NCBI GenBank assembly: GCA_963696255.1
Contig: CAVOJN010000004.1
Coordinates: forward strand, 266,836-330,835
DNA: 64,000 bases
Direction: 5' to 3'
DNA from: an uncultured Alphaproteobacteria bacterium
GTDB lineage: Bacteria > Pseudomonadota > Alphaproteobacteria > Rhizobiales > Xanthobacteraceae
Below, one piece after another: positions 33,262 through 42,213 of the stretch (position 1 is its first letter; every line of letters begins with the position of its first letter). The notes under the pieces were generated by a model. It did not search any database, was not told the origin of the DNA, and worked only from the letters and a program-made list of their open reading frames with translations. The translations under genes and the position numbers were made by a program.

Positions 33262-33600
33262 GATCTTCATCCTCTCGATGGGTGTCTGCTGACATTTGCC
33301 GCGTCGCTTCGATTGACCGGCCGGCTGGTCCGCGGCGGAAAAAATGCCAGCCGATCTGCGCCGTATCGCCGCACCTGATCGCGAAGCAACGTGGTGAGCA
33401 CGCGCTCGATCATGGCGGCACAGGCGGCGCACCCCTGCAAAATGAAGGGCGTGAGAGCCATCATGGGCTCCTTGATCTCAAATGGTTGAAGCTCAAATGT
33501 TCGCGGACGGAGTAGGATGAGGCGCGCCGGCGGGCTATCCAGATCGCGCCACGGCTATCCCGAAACTGAACTTTTTTCGCCTGCCGCAGACTCAATTGAG

Positions 33601-35145
33601 ATGAGGGAACATCGCGATACTTTTGACGGCTCCTCCGCTGCATCGCCGATGCCGCGCGCAGTTCGCCGCGCGCTGGATGCGATGCATGCCAATGTCGGTC
33701 ACCGCTGGACCATCGCCGAACTTGCCCGCATCGCCGGCACGTCGGCGCGCACCTTGCAGCGCCAGTTCGTGTCATTTCTCGGCAAGACGCCGCTTGCCGC
33801 CCTGCAGGACATCGGCTTCGACCGCGCCCGGCGCGAATTGCTGCAGGGGCTGCCCGGCGAAAAGATCATGGACGTCGCCTGCCGCTGCGGCTTCCCGCAT
33901 TTCGGCCGCTTCTCGGTCGAATATCGCCGCCGCTATGGCGAGACGCCGTCGCAGACCTTGAAGCGGCAGGCGGTGTTCGCCGCCGCGCTTTCTTCCAGGC
34001 CTGCGCCGCTCATCCCGGCGCGCGAGCGCGTCACGCTCTGCTTTGCCGGGATCGAGGCGGGTCCCGATCACCTTGACGTGGCCGCCGATGTCGCTGCCGG
34101 TCTCTCGATGGCCCTGACGCGGGCCGGCATCGCCGTGACGCGCGAGAAGCAGGTGGCGCGCTACCAACTGACCGGCGCGATCCGCGCCAGCGGTCCGCAA
34201 CTGCGGCTGCTGTTCCGTCTCGCCGACAACGAAAGCGGCCGGCAATTATGGGCGCATCGCGCCGACAGCCTGCATTGCGACGACGTGACGAGCGAGGAGA
34301 CCTTGGCAACGCGGATCGCCGCGGCGCTGCAACCCTGCCTGCGTTCGGCCGAGATCGAGCACGCCTTGCGGAAGTCGGGGGGAGAGTTGAGCCCGCACGA
34401 CCTTGCGCTCCGCGCAATGCCCGGGGTCCTCTCCCTGAGCGAAGACGGAAATGCGCAGGCCGTGGAACTGCTCGATCAAGCCATGGACCGAGATTCCAGC
34501 CACGCGTTGGCTGTTGCTCTCGCGGCCTGGGCGCATCTGCAGCGCGTCGTCTATCATTTCACGGACGAGCCGCAGCTTCAGCGGGCGCGCGGCGTCGAAC
34601 TGACGCAAAAGGCGCTCGCGCTTCCCGGCGATGCCACCACGCTCGCGGTGCTCGGCAACGCGCTGACACTGCTGGGCGAGCAGGATGCGGCCGCTCATGT
34701 GATCGCGCGGGCCCTGTCCGTCGACGGCGGCTCGGCCTGGGCCTGGAGCCGCAGCGGATGGATCGACGTCTATCGGGGTGATCCGGACTCGGCGATCGAA
34801 CGCTTCAAGATTGCGCTCGACCTCGCGCCGCACGATGCGCTCGCCTTCAACAACGAGGTCGGGATCGGCTGCGCGCATTTTGTGGCCGGCGCCTATGCGG
34901 AGGCCGCGGTCTGGCAGGAGCGCGCGCTTGGCCGGCATCCGTCCGCGTTCTGGGTGCATCGCACGATGTGTGCGGCCTATGTTCACGCTGGCGCAAAGCA
35001 ATCGGCGCGTCGCAGCCTCGGCATGTTGCGTGTGCGCTACCCCGAACTCACGGTGTCCCAGCTAAGGCTCGGGATGCCGCCGCTGCGGCCCGAGCATGGC
35101 GAACTTGTCGTCGGAGCACTTGCGGAGGCGGGGTTGCCGGGCTAG
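33601..35145 (+). CDS. AraC-type HTH regulator fused to a TolB-like/TPR region
   Basis: ELARIAGTSARTLQRQF, CGFPHFGRFSVEYRRRYGETPS, followed by TPR-like helical repeats; start uncertain. Confidence 0.8.
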   Translation: MREHRDTFDGSSAASPMPRAVRRALDAMHANVGHRWTIAELARIAGTSARTLQRQFVSFLGKTPLAALQDIGFDRARRELLQGLPGEKIMDVACRCGFPHFGRFSVEYRRRYGETPSQTLKRQAVFAAALSSRPAPLIPARERVTLCFAGIEAGPDHLDVAADVAAGLSMALTRAGIAVTREKQVARYQLTGAIRASGPQLRLLFRLADNESGRQLWAHRADSLHCDDVTSEETLATRIAAALQPCLRSAEIEHALRKSGGELSPHDLALRAMPGVLSLSEDGNAQAVELLDQAMDRDSSHALAVALAAWAHLQRVVYHFTDEPQLQRARGVELTQKALALPGDATTLAVLGNALTLLGEQDAAAHVIARALSVDGGSAWAWSRSGWIDVYRGDPDSAIERFKIALDLAPHDALAFNNEVGIGCAHFVAGAYAEAAVWQERALGRHPSAFWVHRTMCAAYVHAGAKQSARRSLGMLRVRYPELTVSQLRLGMPPLRPEHGELVVGALAEAGLPG

Positions 35146-35244
35146 CGCGGCCACCTCTCCGGCGGACGGCACGGCCAAGCGACCTTGCCGTTGCGTTCGT
35201 TGCCTCTTACTCTTGTCTTGGAAAGCAGCGGAGGAGGTTTGACC

Positions 35245-36222
35245 ATGGAAATCCAGGCCTTCGGCTATCTCGGCGTTGGGGCGTCGAACCTCGATGATTG
35301 GGCTGCGTTCGCCACATCACACGTTGGCATGCAGGCCGTGGACCGCGCCAGCACGATGCGTGCCTTCCGCATGGACGATCGCAAACAGCGCCTGTTCGTC
35401 GACCGAACCGTTGAGGCGGGCTCTCAAATCTTCGGCTGGGAAGTCGCCAATGCCGCAGCTCTCAACTCGCTCGCTGCCCGCCTCGAAGCCGCCGGTGTCG
35501 CCGTCAAGCGCGAAGGCGCAGCGCTCGCGGACCAACGCTGTGTGACGGACCTGATCTCCTTTGCTGATCCCGCCGGCAATCGTCTGGAAGCATTCCACGG
35601 CGCGCAACTGGCTGACGCGATCTTCAAGCCGGGCCGCGACATCTCCGGCTTCCGTACTGGCCCACAAGGTATGGGCCATACCCTTCTGACATGCCCCGAC
35701 GTCGATGCCGCTCTCTCCTTCTACAAGGACCTGCTGGGTTTTCGCATCAGCGATTTCATGGTTGCCCCGGTGAAGGCCTACTTCATGCATGTCAACGCAC
35801 GCCACCACAGCGTCGCTCTCGTGGCTGCTCCAGTGCGCAGCATGCATCATTTGCTTGTCGAATATTATCAGCTCGACGATGTCGGCCAGGGCTACGATCT
35901 GCTGCAGAGGACTCCGGAGCAAATCGTCGCCACACTCGGCCGTCACCCAAACGACCTCATGACGTCGTATTACATGCGCACACCGTCGGAAATCTACGTG
36001 GAATGTGGTTGGGGTGGCAGGGAAGTCGATGACGTAACACCGCCCGTGGAGATGACCAACCTCGGCAGCTTCTGGGGTCACAAGGGCCTGTTCGAGGACA
36101 TTGGCGGGCCCAAGCCACCTGCCGAGACGCGCCGCGCCCCCGTTCAGGTAATGGAAGGCAATTACGAACGCATGGCTGGCACCTGTCCGTGGTGGGATGC
36201 GATGCGCGGCAACACCCGCTAA
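35245..36222 (+). CDS. Type I extradiol ring-cleavage dioxygenase (BphC/HsaC-like VOC family)
   Basis: GYLG, FRMD, DPAGNRLE, GMGH, NARHHS, HHLLVE, LGRHPND, YMRTPS...E.GW; GGAGG RBS. Confidence 0.88.
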   Translation: MEIQAFGYLGVGASNLDDWAAFATSHVGMQAVDRASTMRAFRMDDRKQRLFVDRTVEAGSQIFGWEVANAAALNSLAARLEAAGVAVKREGAALADQRCVTDLISFADPAGNRLEAFHGAQLADAIFKPGRDISGFRTGPQGMGHTLLTCPDVDAALSFYKDLLGFRISDFMVAPVKAYFMHVNARHHSVALVAAPVRSMHHLLVEYYQLDDVGQGYDLLQRTPEQIVATLGRHPNDLMTSYYMRTPSEIYVECGWGGREVDDVTPPVEMTNLGSFWGHKGLFEDIGGPKPPAETRRAPVQVMEGNYERMAGTCPWWDAMRGNTR

Positions 36223-36261
36223 AGCCGACGACAATCGTTGGAGTTGCGTCCCTGAGACCGG

Positions 36262-36669
36262 CTACACGCGCCCCTGTGCGAAACGTTGGATGCCCTCCGG
36301 CAAATTGATCCACGCGTGTTTACTCTCCTCCCACACTGAAAGGGTTGGCAGGGGAAAATCAGGGTCCGCAAATGCACCAACGGCGATGCCGTAGTGATCG
36401 GGCCTGAGGTCGAGATGCCAATAGACCGAACTGCCGCAGGTCGGACAAAAGTGGAAGTTGATCTTTCGCGATACTCCTTCGACGTCACGCGTATAGATCT
36501 TTTCGGGACCCTCTATTCGGACCTGCGATTTTTCGAAATATGCGCCAAAGTGCACGATCGCGCCGGTTCGCCGCTGGCATGCCTTGCAGTGGCAAACATT
36601 CACAAGGGTCGGTTCTCCGACGACCGTGGCACGAAGCGATCCGCAGTGGCAGCGAGCCATTCGTTCCAT
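36262..36669 (-). CDS. GFA/Mss4-like Zn-binding protein
   Basis: CHCG, CHCKACQRRTG, FCPTCGS. Confidence 0.88.
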   Translation of the reverse strand: MERMARCHCGSLRATVVGEPTLVNVCHCKACQRRTGAIVHFGAYFEKSQVRIEGPEKIYTRDVEGVSRKINFHFCPTCGSSVYWHLDLRPDHYGIAVGAFADPDFPLPTLSVWEESKHAWINLPEGIQRFAQGRV

Positions 36670-36788
36670 GCACCCTCCCGATCGAAGAGGCCGGCTGTCG
36701 TTGACTCGACGAACGCCGGTCGGTTGGTCCTCGGTTTACAATACCATGGATTTAGTCTCTGACTGGTGCTTGGCCGACGCTGTGCGCG

Positions 36789-37304
36789 TCAGCCCTTCGC
36801 CGGCATCGCGATCCTGCGCCCGATTCCCTCCGGGCGCGGCAGGCCGGCATGCGTCTCCAGCACCGCGGCGATCCGGGCCTGGATGTCGGGTGGGAACGCC
36901 GCCACCTTCCGTACCCCCATGTCGACGTGAAGGGTGATGTTCTCCGAGGTCGCGGACACCCAGCCTTCGGTGGCGTGCCGCAGTTCCTCGAAGGTGTGGA
37001 TGCGCTTTTCGTCGGCCGCGAGCATCCAGACCGAAACCTGCACGGGATCGCCGAGATGGATCTCGCGCAAATAGCGCACATGGGCTTCCGCCGTGAAGGT
37101 CGAGCCGTGGCGCTCCTTCATGTAGGCCGGGCCGATGCCGAGATGGAGCCATAGCTGGTCGATGGCGCGGTCCATCATCACGTTGTAATAGGCCATGTTG
37201 AGATGGCCGTTGTAGTCGATCCATTGCGGTTCGATCTGCATCACCGACGACAGAAACGGCGCGGGCGGCAGCGGCATGTCCTGCAGGGCAGTTGCGGTCG
37301 TCAT
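36789..37304 (-). CDS. Acyl-CoA thioesterase (hotdog fold, 4HBT-like)
   Basis: WIDYNGHLNMAYY, HVRYLRE, DEKRIH. Confidence 0.88.
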   Translation of the reverse strand: MTTATALQDMPLPPAPFLSSVMQIEPQWIDYNGHLNMAYYNVMMDRAIDQLWLHLGIGPAYMKERHGSTFTAEAHVRYLREIHLGDPVQVSVWMLAADEKRIHTFEELRHATEGWVSATSENITLHVDMGVRKVAAFPPDIQARIAAVLETHAGLPRPEGIGRRIAMPAKG

Positions 37305-37382
37305 ATCCATCTCTTTGTTCTCTTGACCCCTTATATATCCTTTGCCACCGTCGCCCAGAGCGGGGAGAATTCTTACGTGGCA

Positions 37383-38795
37383 ATGACGAGTGTCGAAAAT
37401 CTCAGGAAGCCGGAACCGCGGGCGCTGGCGGGCGCGCTCGAGCAGCTTGCGGCGCGATTCGGCAACCGGCTGATCACCTCGCAGGCGGTGCGCGAGCAGC
37501 ACGCCCATACCACGACCTGGCTGCCGGCGCAGCCGCCTGACGGCGTGGTGATGGCGCAGGAGACATCGGATATCCAGGACACGGTGCGCATTTGCGCCAG
37601 GCATGGCGTGCCGGTCATCGCGTTCGGCACCGGCACCTCGCTCGAAGGCCATGTCAACGCGCCGGCGGGCGGCATCACGATCGACCTGCGCGACATGAAC
37701 AAGGTGCTGGCGGTTCATGCCGACGACCTCGATTGCGTGATCGAGCCCGGCGTGACCCGCAAGGCCCTCAACGAGCATCTGCGCGACCAGGGCGTGTTCT
37801 TCCCGATCGATCCCGGCGCCGACGCGTCGCTCGGCGGCATGGCTTCGACCCGCGCATCCGGCACCAACGCGGTGCGTTACGGCACGATGCGCGAGAATGT
37901 GCTGGCGCTCAAGGTCGTGCGCGGCGACGGCGAGATCATCACCACGGGCACGCGGGCGAAAAAATCCTCCGCTGGCTATGACCTGACCCATCTTTTCATC
38001 GGCGCCGAGGGTACGCTCGGCATCATCTGCGAACTCACCATCAAGCTGCGCGGCATTCCCGAGACGATCGCGGCGGCTGCGTGCTCGTTCGACACCGTGC
38101 GCGGCGCCTGCCAGGCCACGATCTTGGCGATCCAGATCGGCATCCCGGTCGCCCGCATCGAGTTGCTCAATGCCGAGCAGGTCCGCTGCTGCAACAATTA
38201 CTCGAAACTGACGCTGCCGGAGACGCCGCTCCTGCTGCTGGAATTTCACGGCAGCGAGGCTGATGTCGCCGAGCAATCCCGGAATTTCGGCGAGATCGCC
38301 AGGGAATGCGGCGGCGGCGATTTCACCTGGACCACGCGGCCGGAGGATCGCACCAAACTATGGCAGGCGCGGCACGACGCGTACTGGTCGGTGAAGGCGC
38401 TGCGTCCCGGCGCCGGCGTTGTCGCAACCGATGTCTGTGTGCCGATCTCGCGGCTCGCCGATTGCGTGACCGAGACCGAGGAGGATCTGAAGCGGCTCAA
38501 CCTGGTCTCGCCGATCGTCGGCCATGTCGGCGACGGCAATTTCCATTGTTCGCTGCTGTGCGATGTCGACGACAAGGACGAGATGGCGCGCGGCGAGGAC
38601 TTCATGCACCGGCTGGTCGAACGCGCGCAGTCCATGGGCGGAACCTGCACCGGCGAGCACGGCGTGGGCCAGGGCAAGCAGAAATATCTCAAGGCCGAGT
38701 TGGGGCCTGAGGCGCTTGATGCCATGCGGGCCCTGAAAAAGGCGCTCGACCCGCAGAACATCTTCAATCCGGGGAAGATCGTTCCGGCGGCCTAG
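37383..38795 (+). CDS. FAD-linked oxidase, D-lactate dehydrogenase (cytochrome)-like
   Basis: FGTGTSLEG, FPIDPGADASLGG, SGTNAVRYG, GAEGTLG, GHVGDGNFH, GEHGVG, DP.NIFNPGK. Confidence 0.9.
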   Translation: MTSVENLRKPEPRALAGALEQLAARFGNRLITSQAVREQHAHTTTWLPAQPPDGVVMAQETSDIQDTVRICARHGVPVIAFGTGTSLEGHVNAPAGGITIDLRDMNKVLAVHADDLDCVIEPGVTRKALNEHLRDQGVFFPIDPGADASLGGMASTRASGTNAVRYGTMRENVLALKVVRGDGEIITTGTRAKKSSAGYDLTHLFIGAEGTLGIICELTIKLRGIPETIAAAACSFDTVRGACQATILAIQIGIPVARIELLNAEQVRCCNNYSKLTLPETPLLLLEFHGSEADVAEQSRNFGEIARECGGGDFTWTTRPEDRTKLWQARHDAYWSVKALRPGAGVVATDVCVPISRLADCVTETEEDLKRLNLVSPIVGHVGDGNFHCSLLCDVDDKDEMARGEDFMHRLVERAQSMGGTCTGEHGVGQGKQKYLKAELGPEALDAMRALKKALDPQNIFNPGKIVPAA

Positions 38796-38803
38796 ATCCT
38801 CTG

Positions 38804-38829
38804 CGGAACTTTTGGTTCCGTGCCACGTT
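38804..38829 (+). promoter_or_regulatory. EcfG/RpoE2-type general stress promoter
   Basis: GGAAC-N16-CGTT (38805-38829), about 30 nt upstream of a GGAGAGG RBS. Confidence 0.65.
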
Positions 38830-38861
38830 CCTCGTTCGCGGGGAATCCGTGGCTGGAGAGG

Positions 38862-40182
38862 ATGCCAATTGTTCACGGTCGCGTCCAAGCTTGTCGTGAC
38901 ACTTGCCGTTGCTGCGCTGGCGACCGTTTTGTCCGGTGCCGTGTATGCGCGAGGCGGCGGTCACGGCGGTGGACATGGTGGTGGACATGGCGGCGGGCAC
39001 GGTGGTGGCCATGGAGGAGGTCACGCTCATTTCCATGGTGGGGGACATGGCGGCGGTCATTTTCGCGGGGGACATTTTGCCGGCGCCCGTCATTTCGGCG
39101 GGCATGGCTTCCATCAAGTCAGATCCGTCGCGGTCAGTTCCCATAATGTGCGAAGCGCGCTGAACTCGCTCTCGCATCACGGCGCGTTCCGAAACGCGCG
39201 CATTCTCGGCAATCCGGTGGCGCGCGCTCAGCTCGCTGCGGGCGCTGCGCTGGTGGGCTGGCACGGCGGCGCGGAGGGATGGTGGCGCCATGCAAATGGC
39301 GGATATGGCTGGGTCGGGCCGCTGTTCTGGCCGTTCGCCTATTATGACATCTACGATTACACGATCTGGGGCGATGGCGCTCCCTTCTGGGACTACGGCT
39401 ATCTCGACCTCTATGCCGGTCTGTTCGGACCTTACGGTTACGGCGGTCTCTCCGGTTATCAGGAACCCGGTCCGTCGAGACGAGGGCAGCAGCGCAGCGC
39501 CGCTTCATTTGTGCAAATGTGCACCGACGACAGCCGCGGCATCGCGGGACTTCCCATCGACCAGATTGCGCAAGCCATTGAGCCGACCGAAGCGCAAGGT
39601 GCGGCCCTTGACGATCTCGCCGGCGCCTCGATCAAGGCCGCGCAAACCATCCGCGCGACCTGTCCCACGCAGGTCGCAGCGACCGCGCCAGGGCGGCTGG
39701 CCGTCATGCAACGTCGCATCGAGGGCATGATCTCCGCCGTGGAGTTGGTGCGGCCTCCGCTGGAGAAGCTTTACGGTCTGCTGGATGATGAGCAGAAGGT
39801 GCGCTTCAACGCGCTCGCCGAGGACGAGCGCAAGAAAGGCGCCGCCGCCTCGTCCGGTCCGGGTTGCAGCGCCGCGATGACGACGACGGCCGCCTGGCCA
39901 GCCGACGAGATCCAAACGAGAGTCCACCCGGATGATACCCAACGCGCTGCACTGAAGGCGCTGCAGGATGCCACGGTTCGTGCAGGCGAGACCCTCAAGA
40001 CAGTGTGCCGGCCCGCTGACATCTTGACGCCGACTGCGCGGCTCGGGGCTATCGCGCGGCGGCTTGACACCATGCTACAGGTGGTAAAATCGGTGCGCGC
40101 CGCACTTGAGGACTTCTACGCAACCCTCAGTGACGAGCAAAAGGCGCAATTCGAGGCGATTGGACCAAGGCGAACCAGTTGA
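38862..40182 (+). CDS. Exported Spy/CpxP-like (LTXXQ) protein with Gly/His-rich N-terminus; start uncertain (possible +1 near 38883)
   Basis: Signal peptide ending VYA, (GGHG)n, W/Y-rich segment, two PTEAQ..ALDDL / LSDEQKAQF helical repeats. Confidence 0.75.
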
Positions 40183-40222
40183 CAACGGCGTCTTCGCGAA
40201 GGGCGCTGGCACGGAGGGTGCC

Positions 40223-41434
40223 ATGTCGAAATTCCGCGTTACAATTGCCGCTTTGGGGGCGTCGTCGCTGCTGATGACCGCAGCGCCATCTGACATTGCC
40301 GAGGCGAGGGGTCTTCGTATCGGCGGCAGCCCGATCGGAATCGTGCGGTCCGTGGCTTCGCTTGCGATCGGCGGCCTGCGGGGCCGGCACGCCAGACATG
40401 TCAGGCTGGACGCGACAGGCGCGTCGGCGCGGATGAATCCCACCCGCAGCCCCGACTGGATCACGCGGCCCGTTGCCCGGGTGCAGGTCGCGGCCGGGGC
40501 CGCCTTGGCCGGATGGCATGGCCAGCGCGGCACGAGCGGATGGTGGCAGCACGGCGACGGCGGATATGGATGGATCGGCCCGCTGTTCTGGCCCTTCGCC
40601 TATTACGACATCATCGACTATACGCTCTGGGGCGACGGCATGGGCTTCTGGGGCTACGGCTATCGCGATATCTATGCTGCGATCTTCACGCCCTATGACG
40701 ATGACGAGCTTGCGCGTTACGTCTCGCCGCCGCGCGGCCGAAAGTTCCGCGCCTTCCCATCGCTGGCGCGAATCTGCGGCGATGATGCCGGTGAGCTTGC
40801 GGGCCTGCCGGTCGAGCAGATCAGGCAGGCGATGGGGCTGTCGAGCGAAGAGCAACGCGGGATGCTGGACGATCTTTCCGCCGCGTCAGTGCAAGCCGTT
40901 GCGACCATCCGCACGGCCTGTCCGAGCCAGGCGGCGTCGACGCCGACAGGCCGGTTGGCCGCGATGGCGCAGCGCCTGGAGGCGATGAAATCCGCGATCG
41001 CGCGCCTGCGGACGCCATTCGAGACATTCTACGAGTCGCTCGACGACGACCAGAAGCGCGGGATTATCGCGTTCGCCGATCAGCGCGCGCCATTCGCGCC
41101 CAAGGTTCCCGCCGCGCAAAGCTGCACGCCGCCGGACGTCTTGCCATGGCCGGCCGCCGAGATCGACGCCAAGCTGCGCCTGAACGACACGCAGCGCGAG
41201 CTGCTGGGCGTGCTGTCGCGCAGGGCCGCCTTTGCCAGGAACACGGTGAATTTCGCCTGCCAGCCGGATGACAAACTCAGTCCGCCCGACCGGCTTGCCA
41301 CCGCCGAGACAAGGCTCGACGCCATGCTGGACGCGATCAAGCAGGTGCAGCCGGCGCTGGAGGAGTTCCTTGCCACGCTGAGCGACCAGCAAAAGGCCCA
41401 GTTCGACACGATTGGGGCAAAGCGCACGAGCTGA
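40223..41434 (+). CDS. Second Spy/CpxP-like (LTXXQ) paralog
   Basis: Shares GYGW.GPLFWPFAYYDI.DYT.WGDG and LSD.QKAQF..IG..RTS with the upstream gene; GGAGG RBS. Confidence 0.78.
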   Translation: MSKFRVTIAALGASSLLMTAAPSDIAEARGLRIGGSPIGIVRSVASLAIGGLRGRHARHVRLDATGASARMNPTRSPDWITRPVARVQVAAGAALAGWHGQRGTSGWWQHGDGGYGWIGPLFWPFAYYDIIDYTLWGDGMGFWGYGYRDIYAAIFTPYDDDELARYVSPPRGRKFRAFPSLARICGDDAGELAGLPVEQIRQAMGLSSEEQRGMLDDLSAASVQAVATIRTACPSQAASTPTGRLAAMAQRLEAMKSAIARLRTPFETFYESLDDDQKRGIIAFADQRAPFAPKVPAAQSCTPPDVLPWPAAEIDAKLRLNDTQRELLGVLSRRAAFARNTVNFACQPDDKLSPPDRLATAETRLDAMLDAIKQVQPALEEFLATLSDQQKAQFDTIGAKRTS

Positions 41435-41528
41435 GGCATGATCCGGAGCCGAAGGCCGCGTCAGCGCAAAGTGCGACGCGGTTTTCCCTCGCGACATCAG
41501 CGGAACGCGCTTGCGCGGAGATCATGCC
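41435..41528. repeat. GCATGATC...GATCATGC palindromic repeat (expanded variant)
   Basis: GGCATGATCCGGA...AAAGTGCGACGCGGTTTTCC...GATCATGCC; same arms and core as the 13666 element. Confidence 0.7.
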
Positions 41529-41646
41529 ACGATGGACGTCAAGCAGAAAAACCGGCTCGCCGATCGCGGCGTGGTCCTCTATGCTGGCAGGGACCAGCGA
41601 CAGGACCATGGTGATCGGAAAAATCACGGACGCGGCAGGGCGGGCG

Positions 41647-42051
41647 ATGCGCTGGTTTGGCAGGGAGAAGCCCAGCGAGACCTGGGAGGAGGCGATCGTA
41701 TCGCCGTCCGGCGATATCGAGGCCGCAGCAACCATCCGCAACATCTGCCGCTCCGCCGCCGAGAGCGCTGAATTTGTCGGCGGCTTCGCAGCCCGTCCCG
41801 ACAGCGCGAAGGGTTCGGCGCAGAGCAAGCACGACGAGCACAGCGCGCGCTACCAGCGCGCGGCCAAGGCCGCGATGGAAATCGCGATGAAGGTGTCCGA
41901 CGAGTTGATGCGCGATGCCGCGCTCAAGGAGATCGTCGAGCTCTGTCTCAGGGCCAACGACGCCAGGACCGCGAAAATCCTGTTCCGCGCCATCCAGACG
42001 CCGTCGATCCGCGACGGCATGATGCGGGACTGTCCGGCGCTCGGGTCTTGA
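41647..42051 (+). CDS. Hypothetical helical protein
   Basis: ORF with GC-rich codon usage (MRWFGREK...RDCPALGS); start uncertain. Confidence 0.55.
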   Translation: MRWFGREKPSETWEEAIVSPSGDIEAAATIRNICRSAAESAEFVGGFAARPDSAKGSAQSKHDEHSARYQRAAKAAMEIAMKVSDELMRDAALKEIVELCLRANDARTAKILFRAIQTPSIRDGMMRDCPALGS

Positions 42052-42086
42052 CCCCGGAAGGCTGGAGCGCTTGACAGTGAGTGCAT

Positions 42087-42211
42087 CGTCATTGCCGGGC
42101 TTGATCCGGCAATCCATCCCTTTGAGACAAGTTTTCTCTTGATGGATGCGCGGGCCTTCGCCTCGCCGAAGCGGCTTCGGCCGCGCAGGCGGGTCAGGCC
42201 CGCGCATGACG
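42087..42211. repeat. CGTC REP-like heterodimer between convergent genes
   Basis: CGTCATTGCCGGG-CTTGA-TCCGGCAATCCA facing TGGATGCGCGGG[...CCGAAGC-G-GCTTCGG...]CCCGCGCATGACG. Confidence 0.82.
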
Positions 42212-42213
42212 AG

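Noticed and set aside
33267-33464. 65-aa ORF upstream of the methyltransferase
   Set aside because: It has no recognisable motif and cannot be told apart from a chance ORF without conservation data.
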